Positions 1 through 7,158 of a DNA stretch of 17,072 bases are shown here, piece by piece. This DNA comes from Anaerolineae bacterium (GTDB taxonomy: Bacteria > Chloroflexota > Anaerolineae > S140-20). A model generated the notes under the pieces. That model was given only the letters and a program-made list of their open reading frames with translations, was not told where the DNA came from and did not search any database. Position 1 is the stretch's first letter; the number at the start of each line of letters is the position of its first letter. The position numbers were made by a program, and so were the translations under genes. The stretch is taken from positions 1-17,072 of the forward strand of contig JALUTT010000023.1 of assembly GCA_027021705.1 (NCBI GenBank), read 5' to 3'.

Positions 1-193
1 GGAGCTCGACCAGGAGGGCGGCCCCGCTGAGGGCGATGAGCAGGGTCAGCAGCAGGGGGGAGGTGACGAGGGCGCCGGCCCTGTCCGGACCGGCGGCGGC
101 CAGGAAGGGAGCGGCGAAGGTCAGCAGACTCAGGGCCAGGGCGAGCAGGTAGACGATGGCCCGCCAAGGGAGGTCGAGGGACCGGAGGCTCAT
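1..193 (-). CDS. Partial (5' end) integral membrane protein, probable ECF transporter S-component (CbrT-like, cobalamin)
   Basis: ATG at 193-191 overlaps the TGA of the upstream gene (ATGA coupling). Manual translation MSLRSLDLPWRAIVYLLALALSLLTFAAPFLAAAGPDRAGALVTSPLLLTLLIALSGAALLVEL... gives two hydrophobic helices and runs off the window. The S-component call is inferred from hydrophobicity and the B12-riboswitch context. Confidence 0.6.
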   Translation of the reverse strand, partial: MSLRSLDLPWRAIVYLLALALSLLTFAAPFLAAAGPDRAGALVTSPLLLTLLIALSGAALLVEL

Positions 194-1140
194 CGTTCTC
201 CTCCCCGGCGGATGGCCAGGAGCATCCCGATCAGCCCCAGCACGATCGCCCCGAAGAGCAGGTAGGCCCCCCGGCCCAAGGCCCTTCCCGCTGGGGGTGG
301 GGCGTAGGTCGGCGAAGGGGAAGGCTCACCGGTCCTCGGGGACGGTGTAGGCGAGGACAGAGTCGTGGGTGAAGGTGGAGGGGTGGACGAGGCCGGCGAG
401 GGGGGCAAGGTCGGCGAAGGGGCGGGAGGGTAGGAGCGCGACGTGGGCGAGAGTGAAGAAGTCGGCGCAGCGTTCCCTCCCGCCCTCTCCAGGGGAGCCG
501 TCCCGGACAACACGGTCACCGTCGGTTCCGGTGTCGCCGGCGGGGTGGGCGATGGCAGGCGGGTGGGGGTCTCCGTCGGCGGGGGTGGGGGGAGCGTGGG
601 GGTCGGCGGCAGGGCCTCCGTCGCGGCCGGCGAGGGGCCGCAGATCTGCTCGAAGGGGATCACGGGAGGGGGTGCTCCCCCCTGGGCGGTGCCCGGGCCC
701 CAGCTCCAGCCGTCCACGTCGCCGGGGCGGACTTGGCGTCCGGCGGCCCCAACGGGGGAGAAGCGCCACCCGCCCTCGGCCAGGTACCAGTAGGACCAGA
801 AGTCGGGGGGATAGGCGCAGAAGCAGTCCTCGGCCGGACAGCCCTGGCCTCCGATCTGACAGACGGCCCCGCCCAGGCCCGGCGAGTAGGCGATCACCAC
901 GCCCAGCCCGGACCGCTCCAGCAGATCGTAGCCGCTGATGGTCGGCTCGCTAAAGGGGACGCAACGGGTGACGACGCGACCATCCCCGAAACGGACGACC
1001 AGGCCGGCGCGGTTGGGAGGGCCTTCCTGGGCGGTCACCGGACCGGCCAGCAGAAGGAGCAGGAGCAAAAGGGGCACGGTCAGCCCCCCCATCCAGGGCT
1101 TTACCCACGGTGCCTGTGCCGACCGTGCCCGCTGTCTCAT
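190..1140 (-). CDS. Exported, C-terminally membrane-anchored protein with a Cys-rich DUF4430/transcobalamin-beta-like (beta-grasp) domain and a long Pro/Thr/Ser stalk
   Basis: Signal peptide (LLLLLLLAGPVTA-Q). Domain AGLVVRFGDG...SGYDLLERSG...AVCQIGGQGC...FWSYWYLAEGGWRFSPVGAAGRQVRPGDVDGWSWG resembles the FW-x-Y...S-x-x-GA...V-x-x-GD signature of DUF4430-like domains. Six Cys, PT-rich linker, C-terminal TM helix plus RR tail. GGAG upstream of the ATG. The start could lie further downstream. Confidence 0.75.
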   Translation of the reverse strand: MRQRARSAQAPWVKPWMGGLTVPLLLLLLLLAGPVTAQEGPPNRAGLVVRFGDGRVVTRCVPFSEPTISGYDLLERSGLGVVIAYSPGLGGAVCQIGGQGCPAEDCFCAYPPDFWSYWYLAEGGWRFSPVGAAGRQVRPGDVDGWSWGPGTAQGGAPPPVIPFEQICGPSPAATEALPPTPTLPPPPPTETPTRLPSPTPPATPEPTVTVLSGTAPLERAGGNAAPTSSLSPTSRSYPPAPSPTLPPSPASSTPPPSPTTLSSPTPSPRTGEPSPSPTYAPPPAGRALGRGAYLLFGAIVLGLIGMLLAIRRGGER

Positions 1141-1164
1141 CGGAGTGCTCCTCTCGACGGGGTG

Positions 1165-2271
1165 CTAGCAGGGCGAGCGCCGGAGCCGGCGGCCGGTCAG
1201 GGCCAAGGCCAGGCCCGCGACCAGGAAGAGGCTGCCGAGGGTGAGCAGGGAGACGCCGCCCGCCTCGGGCAGGAGGGCAGGGGCCTCCGCCGTCGCCGCC
1301 GAGGGCGCCGACGCCGTCGGAACCCGCCGCACCTGGACCAGGGTCACGCCGGCCACAGCAGGGATGGCCTGCAGCGTGGCCAGGACGTTGTCGCCGGGGA
1401 AGGCGGCCTGGTAGCTGAAGCTGCCGCTGGCGTTCTGGAGGGCCAGGAGGGCACCTAGCGGGTCGGAGCCGCCGGTGTACCAGTCGGCCGGCGTCTGACC
1501 GACGGCGTAGATGGCCTGCAACACCAGGGCGGTCGAGTTGGCGTCGGTGTCGGTCCCATAGGGGGAGGGCTTCTGGTAGGGCCATCCGGCGTCGGCGTTC
1601 TGCACCCGCCGCAGGTAGTCCAGCGCCCGTCCGGTATCATCCTTGCGCCCCGTCGCCACCAGCGCCTGGATGACGAGGGCGGTGGTGTTGGTGTCACCGC
1701 TCAGGGCGGCGGTGTCGCCGGCGAAGCTCCAGGCCCCGTCGGTGGTCTGGTGGGCCAGCAGGTAGTCCACCGCGCCCTGGGGCACCGCCCGCCCGGCGTT
1801 GACCAGGGCCAGCACGGCCAGGGCCTGGTCGAAGAGGGAACCGCCGTAGGAGCCGCTATCGGGGTCGTAGGCCGCCTCGATCTGGCCGACCAGGTCGCGG
1901 CCGGCAAAGCTCGTGGGGTCCAGACCGGCCGCCACCAGCGCCAGCACGACCTTGGCCGTGGGGCCGACGTCCGTCACCTGACCGGCGGCCACCTGGCGGT
2001 AGAGGTAGTCCAGGGGCGAAGGACCGCCGGAGACGCGCCAGATCCCGGCATCCTGGCCGCCGGCAGCGATGGCGACGACGGCGTCGGCGGTGGCCCCCAG
2101 GTTGCTCTCGGGGCTGAAGCCGTTGGAGAAGCCGCCGTCGGCGTTCTGCTGCCCTCGCAGCCAGTCCAACGCCTGGACGACAGCCTCGTCGGGCGATCCG
2201 GCCAGGGCAGGGCCGGCCAGGGCCAACAGCAGGACCACGATGAGGGCGAGGAATCCGAGCCTTCTGTACAC
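1165..2271 (-). CDS. Secreted prenyltransferase/squalene-cyclase-repeat (alpha/alpha toroid) protein with an LPxAG sortase-type sorting signal
   Basis: GTG start with AAGGAGG SD; signal peptide ending ALA-G. QW-like repeats LDWLRGQQNADGGF, VDYLLAHQTTDGAW, LDYLRRVQNADAGW, LLALQNASGSF. C-terminus LPEAG + hydrophobic helix + RRLRR. Confidence 0.85.
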   Translation of the reverse strand: MYRRLGFLALIVVLLLALAGPALAGSPDEAVVQALDWLRGQQNADGGFSNGFSPESNLGATADAVVAIAAGGQDAGIWRVSGGPSPLDYLYRQVAAGQVTDVGPTAKVVLALVAAGLDPTSFAGRDLVGQIEAAYDPDSGSYGGSLFDQALAVLALVNAGRAVPQGAVDYLLAHQTTDGAWSFAGDTAALSGDTNTTALVIQALVATGRKDDTGRALDYLRRVQNADAGWPYQKPSPYGTDTDANSTALVLQAIYAVGQTPADWYTGGSDPLGALLALQNASGSFSYQAAFPGDNVLATLQAIPAVAGVTLVQVRRVPTASAPSAATAEAPALLPEAGGVSLLTLGSLFLVAGLALALTGRRLRRSPC

Positions 2272-2299
2272 GATCTGCCTCCTTCCAGTGATAGGTTAT

Positions 2300-2351
2300 C
2301 CTCCCGCAGGTCCCGTGGTGCCCGGCGACGGCATAGGAACCTGCGAGGAGG
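2300..2351. repeat. Palindromic repeat element copy 1 (CCTCCCGCAGGT...ACCTGCGAGGAGG)
   Basis: Arms at 2300-2311 and 2339-2351 (one bulge); same arm sequence as at 6155 and 7159. Confidence 0.6.
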
Positions 2352-2359
2352 CCAATACG

Positions 2360-2397
2360 AAACAAAAACCCTCCCCCTACGCGATGTGGGGGAGGGC
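2360..2397 (-). terminator. Intrinsic terminator (riboswitch expression platform)
   Basis: Minus strand GCCCTCCCCC-acatcgcgta-GGGGGAGGG followed by TTTTTGTTT. The upstream GGGGGTG/GCGATGGAGGG segment can pair with the 5' arm as an antiterminator. Confidence 0.85.
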
Positions 2398-2425
2398 TGA
2401 GTGCGCACCCTCCATCGCACCACCC

Positions 2426-2590
2426 CCTTTACCGCGAAGGTCCGTGGTACCGACAGAGGCGGGCGACCTGGCTCCCCGACCGGAAGCGCTCCGATCGGGC
2501 TACAGTTGCGGGACAGCGCCGGACTTCCCTGAGCGGGTCACCGGCTTCGCCTTTAAGCCCTGCCATCCGGGGCGTCGGGCACCTCTGCCG
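2426..2590 (-). ncRNA. Cobalamin riboswitch
   Basis: Minus strand: CGGCAGAGGT GCCC..GGGC TTAA AGGCGAA GCCGGTG...AAGTCCGGC GCTGTCCCGCAACTGTA [hairpin] GAGCCAGGTCGCCCGCCTCTGTCG. P1 pairs 2581-2590 with 2451-2460. B12-box-like GAGCCAG present. P13-like hairpin CCTT-CGCGGTA-AAGG (2440-2426) has a loop GCGG complementary to CCGC in L5 (kissing loop). Confidence 0.92.
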
Positions 2591-2612
2591 TGGCTATGCG
2601 GTTGCAGGCGCA

Positions 2613-2641
2613 ATTATAGCACCCCCATCCCCCCCTGTCAA
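2613..2641 (-). promoter_or_regulatory. Consensus sigma70 promoter of the B12 operon
   Basis: Minus strand TTGACA (2641-2636), 17 bp spacer, TATAAT (2618-2613) with an extended -10 TGn; directly upstream of the riboswitch. Confidence 0.9.
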
Positions 2642-2656
2642 GGAACGACAGGGGGC

Positions 2657-2685
2657 TTGCCTCTTCCCCCTCCATCGGCTATAAT
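2657..2685 (+). promoter_or_regulatory. Sigma70 promoter of fhaA (probably leaderless transcript)
   Basis: TTGCCT (2657-2662), 17 bp, TATAAT (2680-2685). Only 7 nt separate the -10 from the ATG at 2693, and there is no SD. Confidence 0.8.
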
Positions 2686-2692
2686 CCTCGGT

Positions 2693-3484
2693 ATGAAGCC
2701 GCTGTCCCGTTTTGAACGTCTGGCAGAACGACTGGTCGAAGGGACCTTCGCCCGCCTCTTCGCCGGCCGCCTGAAGCCGCTGGAAGTGGCCAATGCCCTG
2801 GCCCGAGCGATGGAGGAGCGGGTCTTCGTCGGCCCCCAGGGGGAACTGGTGGCTCCCAACCGGTACTGGGTCACGCTGCACCCCACCGATTACCGGATCC
2901 TCTGCAAGGAGGAGCCGGCGCTGGAGGCGGAGCTGGCGAGCCACGTGGCGACGCTGGCGCAGGAGGCCGGGCTGGCCTTGCCCTATCCCCCCGTGATCAC
3001 CCTCCGGGTGAGCCAGGTGATCCCGCCCCACCAGGTCCGCGTCGAGGCCCGTTGGGAACCCCCGGCCGAGGGGGAGGAGAGCACCCGGGAGATGCCCCTT
3101 CCTCCAACAGCGGAGGTGGGGCCGGCGGGCCCTATGGGCCGCCCCTTCCTGATCATCCAGGGGGTGCGTCACGTGGACCTGACCGCCCCGCTGATCACCC
3201 TGGGCCGCAGCTTGGACAACGACATCATCATCGAGGACCGCCGGGTCTCCCGTCACCATGCCCAGTTGCGTCGCCGCTACGGGCGCTACATCATCTACGA
3301 CCTGGGGAGCAGCGGCGGCACGATGGTGAACGGGTACCCCGTTCAGGAGTGCGCCCTGCAGCCCGGCGACGTGATCAGCCTGGCCGGCGTGGAGCTGATC
3401 TACGGCGAGGACCTGGTCACGCCCATCCCGCCTCCCCGGGCTGGCGACACCCCTGGGATGACCGACACCGATCAGGAAGCGTAG
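2693..3484 (+). CDS. fhaA: FhaA-like protein (DUF3662 N-terminal domain + C-terminal FHA domain)
   Basis: MKPLSRFERLAERLVEGTFARLFAGRLKPLEVANALARAMEE...VAPNRYWVTLHPTDY matches the DUF3662 pattern. FHA motifs GRSLDNDIIIEDRRVSRHHA...GTMVNG. Start reassigned from 2069 to the in-frame ATG at 2693. Confidence 0.88.
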   Translation: MKPLSRFERLAERLVEGTFARLFAGRLKPLEVANALARAMEERVFVGPQGELVAPNRYWVTLHPTDYRILCKEEPALEAELASHVATLAQEAGLALPYPPVITLRVSQVIPPHQVRVEARWEPPAEGEESTREMPLPPTAEVGPAGPMGRPFLIIQGVRHVDLTAPLITLGRSLDNDIIIEDRRVSRHHAQLRRRYGRYIIYDLGSSGGTMVNGYPVQECALQPGDVISLAGVELIYGEDLVTPIPPPRAGDTPGMTDTDQEA

Positions 3485-3495
3485 ACGCTGGTCCG

Positions 3496-3951
3496 ATGGA
3501 ACCTCTGCTGCTCACCCTCCGCCTGCTGTTGGCCGGCCTGCTTTACCTCTTCCTGGTCACCCTCTTCGTCCTCCTCTGGAAGGAACTCCGGGCCGAGAGC
3601 CGGGCGGTGGCAGGAGACTATCAACCCCACGGCCGGCTGGTGGTGGTCGAGGCAGCCGAGGGCGTGCTGTCGCCGGGCACCCGTTTCCCCCTGCAATCGG
3701 TCACCTCCTTGGGCCGCTCGCAGGTCAACACCATCGTCATCCCCGACGCCTATGCGTCGGCGGAGCATGCGCTGCTCATTTGGCGGGATGGTCAGTGGTG
3801 GCTGGAGGACCGGGGGAGCCGCAACGGCACGCTGCTCAACGAGATGCCGGTCACCAGCCCCACGGTGGTCAGCACCGGCGACATCATCGGCGTGGGACGG
3901 GTCAAGCTACGGGTAGAGTTGGAGAATCAACGGGGAGGAAGATCTCGATAA
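3496..3951 (+). CDS. fhaB: FhaB-like protein (N-terminal TM helix + FHA domain)
   Basis: MEPLLLTLRLLLAGLLYLFLVTLFVLLWKEL TM segment; FHA motifs GRSQVNTIVIPDAYASAEHA...DRGSRNGTLLN; immediately follows fhaA as in Actinobacteria. Confidence 0.85.
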   Translation: MEPLLLTLRLLLAGLLYLFLVTLFVLLWKELRAESRAVAGDYQPHGRLVVVEAAEGVLSPGTRFPLQSVTSLGRSQVNTIVIPDAYASAEHALLIWRDGQWWLEDRGSRNGTLLNEMPVTSPTVVSTGDIIGVGRVKLRVELENQRGGRSR

Positions 3952-4040
3952 GGCCAGCACCCTGGCAGCACGGCAGGGATCGAAGGCAGTCCACCTAACC
4001 GGTCGCTTCAGCGCTATCCAACGAAAGGAGACAACAGACC

Positions 4041-4865
4041 ATGCAACCACAAACCTTACAAGTCGGGTCACAGACCATTGCCTTCTATCAAAGCACAGGG
4101 ACAGGCCCGCCCGCTCTCCTCGTCCACGGCAACTCCTCATCGGGGCTGTCGTTTCGACGCCAGTTGGAGGGTCCGTTGGGGGACGAATTCCGTCTCGTGG
4201 CCATAGACCTACCCGGTCACGGTCAGTCTGAGCCGGCCGCCGACCCCCCATCAACCTATACGTTGCCCGGCTACGCCAGCATCGTTGTTGGGGTGGCTGA
4301 ACAGCTTGGCCTGGAAGAGGCCGTCTTTGTGGGATGGAGTTTTGGGGGGCACATCGTGCTGGAGGCCAGCGACCGGCTCCCCAAAGCGGCAGGGTTCTTG
4401 ATCTTCGGCACGCCGCCGATCGGCTTTCCCCCGGCGATGGCGGAAGCCTTCCTGCCGCATCCGGCCATAAACTGTGGGTTCAAGGCGGAGTTGAGCGAGG
4501 AGGAGGTAGAAGCCTACGCGGCCGCCTTCTTCGCACCGGAGGTGCAGGAGATACCCGAGTTCTTCAGGGCAGACATCCGGCGCACGGATGGGCGGGCGCG
4601 GCAGGTGCTGGGCGGCAGTATAGGGCCGGGGGGCTACAAGGATGAAGTCGAGGTGGTGGCCCATCTCTCTGCACCTTTAGCCATCCTGCACGGTGAGCGA
4701 GAGCAGTTGGTGAACGGGGCCTACATAAGCGCCTTGACCATACCGACCCTCTGGCGTGGGGCGGTGCAGATCATCCCCGAGGCGGGTCACGCACCGCATT
4801 GGGAACGACCGGAGCAGTTCAACGCCCTTCTAGGGGCCTTTATCAGAGAGACGGCAAAAGCTTAA
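4041..4865 (+). CDS. Alpha/beta fold hydrolase
   Basis: LVHGNSSS oxyanion region, DLPGHGQS, nucleophile elbow GWSFGG, HGEREQLV acid, GHAPHWERP catalytic His; AAGGAG SD. Confidence 0.92.
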   Translation: MQPQTLQVGSQTIAFYQSTGTGPPALLVHGNSSSGLSFRRQLEGPLGDEFRLVAIDLPGHGQSEPAADPPSTYTLPGYASIVVGVAEQLGLEEAVFVGWSFGGHIVLEASDRLPKAAGFLIFGTPPIGFPPAMAEAFLPHPAINCGFKAELSEEEVEAYAAAFFAPEVQEIPEFFRADIRRTDGRARQVLGGSIGPGGYKDEVEVVAHLSAPLAILHGEREQLVNGAYISALTIPTLWRGAVQIIPEAGHAPHWERPEQFNALLGAFIRETAKA

Positions 4866-4886
4866 GCTTAAGGAGGCAATAAGCCA

Positions 4887-5465
4887 TTGAACACCAGCGC
4901 GACGGCCATCGTTCTCGTCGAATTTCAAAAACAGTGGACGGAACCCGGTCTGTTTCACAGACTGATCAGGCACCAACTGGAGTCAAGAGACGTCGTGGGG
5001 AAGACCCGGTACCTGGTGACAGAAGCGAGGAGGAGAGGCGCCACCATCGTCCACGCGCCCCTGGTCGTTGATCCCTACGACAAGCGGGGTTGGTTGGCGT
5101 ACCTCACGTTCGGACGGATCTTCACCAAGGGCACCTGGAAGGCAGAACTGGTCCCCGGCCTGTACGAGGAAGGAGACCCCATTGCCCAACGGCAACACTA
5201 CAACCTGAGCGCGTTCGACGCATTTTTTGAGAGCGATCTGGAACAGGTCCTAAACGACCACGGCATCAAGCATATGTTCATCTGCGGGTTCGCAACGGAC
5301 CAGTGTCCGGCAAAGACGTTGCGAACGGCTTTGCGCAGGGGATTCGATGCCTACCTCGTTTCGGACTGCACAGCAACCTTCAACGGATTCTTCCAGAGGC
5401 GGACCGAACGTCAGCACCGCGAGCACACAGTGACTGCTCAAGCACTGCTGGCAAGGCTGAGCTGA
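4887..5465 (+). CDS. Isochorismatase/cysteine hydrolase family protein
   Basis: TTG start with AAGGAGG SD; TAIVLVEFQKQW, FDAFFESDLEQVL, ICGFATDQCPAKTLRTALRRGF, VSDCTA motifs. Confidence 0.85.
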   Translation: MNTSATAIVLVEFQKQWTEPGLFHRLIRHQLESRDVVGKTRYLVTEARRRGATIVHAPLVVDPYDKRGWLAYLTFGRIFTKGTWKAELVPGLYEEGDPIAQRQHYNLSAFDAFFESDLEQVLNDHGIKHMFICGFATDQCPAKTLRTALRRGFDAYLVSDCTATFNGFFQRRTERQHREHTVTAQALLARLS

Positions 5466-5493
5466 CGGCGAAGAGGATCGCTGCGCCCGAGAG

Positions 5494-6141
5494 ATGAAGA
5501 CAGCGACACACACAGCCATCTGCCGGATCGCCGGCCCCTTTGTCCTCCTGATCCTTCTGGTCTCCAGTTGCGGGACTCCACCACGCCCAACGACGATCGG
5601 CGAACAGACATCGGGGAGGACGACCCCGGCAACACCGTCCCCAACCGGGAGAAGGGAAGAACCCGAGGCAACGGCAACGGTAACGGCGACGTCGCCCTCC
5701 GCCGAGGAGATCAGGCTCCTCGAGCGAACATCCCAGGCGGTCTGCACGGGCAACAGCCCGGAGTCGTTGAACCCGGCCGGGGCCATCCTCGTGGATGGCT
5801 CCTCCTTCTCCCTCACTTGCGTATACGCTGCAGGCCACGCCACGAGGATCCGCATCGAAAGATACGAGGATCCGGAAACAGCGCTATCGGCTTTTCAGAG
5901 CAGCCTCGGGGGGAGAACCGTTGAGGACTTTCACGGCCATCCCTCGACGGCATGGGAGCGGGCCTTCCCAGGGCCTGGATCCGAGGGGAGGACGCGAACC
6001 TTCCAATGGCAGGCGGGCCGGTGGATCGTGCAGGTGACCTCTAGTGATGATACAGCCTACCCCATCTCTCGTGATCCCCGCGAGGTTTCAGACATCATCT
6101 ACGCAGAGATGATCGGGATGGGCTTCGTAGAGGGGGATTAA
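5494..6141 (+). CDS. Hypothetical lipoprotein with a Thr/Pro-rich linker
   Basis: Hydrophobic stretch plus lipobox-like LVSS-C, a TP-rich linker, then a globular domain with two Cys. No recognised family. Confidence 0.7.
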   Translation: MKTATHTAICRIAGPFVLLILLVSSCGTPPRPTTIGEQTSGRTTPATPSPTGRREEPEATATVTATSPSAEEIRLLERTSQAVCTGNSPESLNPAGAILVDGSSFSLTCVYAAGHATRIRIERYEDPETALSAFQSSLGGRTVEDFHGHPSTAWERAFPGPGSEGRTRTFQWQAGRWIVQVTSSDDTAYPISRDPREVSDIIYAEMIGMGFVEGD

Positions 6142-6154
6142 CTCAACCGGCCGC

Positions 6155-6168
6155 CCTTCCCGCAGGTT
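6155..6168. repeat. Palindromic repeat element copy 2 (left arm only, CCTTCCCGCAGGTT)
   Basis: Near-identical to the arms at 2300 and 7159, lying 14 nt after a stop codon. Only degenerate GACCTGAG partners downstream (about 6231-6248). Confidence 0.4.
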
Positions 6169-6305
6169 CGAGGGATTCCGATCGAGCGGCGACGGCAAAT
6201 CCAAACAGGGGACCCCGTATACTCGTGCTGGACCTGAGTGGACCTGAGATGGAACGAAGGCCAAACCCTCCGGCGAGAGATGGAGTGCCGGCAGGAGGAC
6301 GTGGT

Positions 6306-7103
6306 ATGGCGAATCCCCCCCCTTTGGACCAACTGGTATCCCTCCGAGGGAAGCACGCTCTGATCACAGGGGCGGCCGCCGGCATCGGCCGGGCGATCGC
6401 CTACCGCTTTGCCGAAGCGGGAGCCGATCTGGAGATCGTTGACATTGACGAAGGCGGTCTGACCGCCCTCCAGGACGAACTGGCCCCCTTCGGAACCGAG
6501 ATTCGGGTCCACGTCGTAGATCTATCCCGCAAGGAGGAGATTGACAGGCTGTGGGAGAGCTTGGACGGTAGAGGGCCGGAGATCCTGGTCAACAACGCGG
6601 GAGTCTACCCCTTCAAGCGGTTCCTGGAAGTAGACGAGGGGTTCTACCGGCGAGTGATGAGGATCAACCTGGAGGCCGTCTACTGGATGTGCCAGCATAT
6701 GGTCAGGCGACGGAAGAGGCACGGGGGCGTGATCGTCAACGTGGGCTCCATCGAGGCGGTGCTGCCCTTCAAAGAGGACCTGGCCCACTACAGCGTGAGC
6801 AAGGCCGGGGTGATCGCCCTGACCAGGGCGCTGGCGAAGGAGCACGGGAAGCACGGCTTCCGGGTGAACGCCGTCGTGCCCGGAGGCATCGTCACCCAGG
6901 GGACGAAGGCAGCCGCCAAAGGACTCCTCCGCTTGCGGCTGGGGTTGCTAAAGGCGGGCGTCGAGTTCCGGCAGCGGTTGCCGATGCGACGGCTCGGTCG
7001 GGCCGACGAGGTCGCGCGGATGGTGCTGGTGCTGGCCAGCGACCTGTCCAGCTACGTCCACGGGGTGGCAATCCCCGTAGATGGGGGGTTCCTATCCGCA
7101 TAG
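6306..7103 (+). CDS. Classical SDR family oxidoreductase
   Basis: TGAAAGIG, NNAG, catalytic S and YSVSK, VNAVVPG, VDGG. ATG 6306 follows AGGAGGA SD. Confidence 0.92.
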   Translation: MANPPPLDQLVSLRGKHALITGAAAGIGRAIAYRFAEAGADLEIVDIDEGGLTALQDELAPFGTEIRVHVVDLSRKEEIDRLWESLDGRGPEILVNNAGVYPFKRFLEVDEGFYRRVMRINLEAVYWMCQHMVRRRKRHGGVIVNVGSIEAVLPFKEDLAHYSVSKAGVIALTRALAKEHGKHGFRVNAVVPGGIVTQGTKAAAKGLLRLRLGLLKAGVEFRQRLPMRRLGRADEVARMVLVLASDLSSYVHGVAIPVDGGFLSA

Positions 7104-7158
7104 GCCCCCTCCAGAATTGTGCCCCAAACCCCACTTCAGCGCGAAAGGGTAACTGTTC

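Noticed and set aside
306..422. 15-bp direct repeat AGGTCGGCGAAGGGG (306-320, 408-422), possible CRISPR-like repeat
   Set aside because: Only two copies, both encoding PSPT in the Pro/Thr linker; no array.
1165..2271. Squalene-hopene cyclase or terpene biosynthesis gene
   Set aside because: Single barrel, signal peptide, sorting signal, no DxDD motif, and B12-riboswitch control.
2069..2692. N-terminal 208-aa extension of the 471-aa ORF
   Set aside because: It overlaps the opposite-strand gene, the riboswitch and both promoters; recognisable FhaA sequence starts at ATG 2693.
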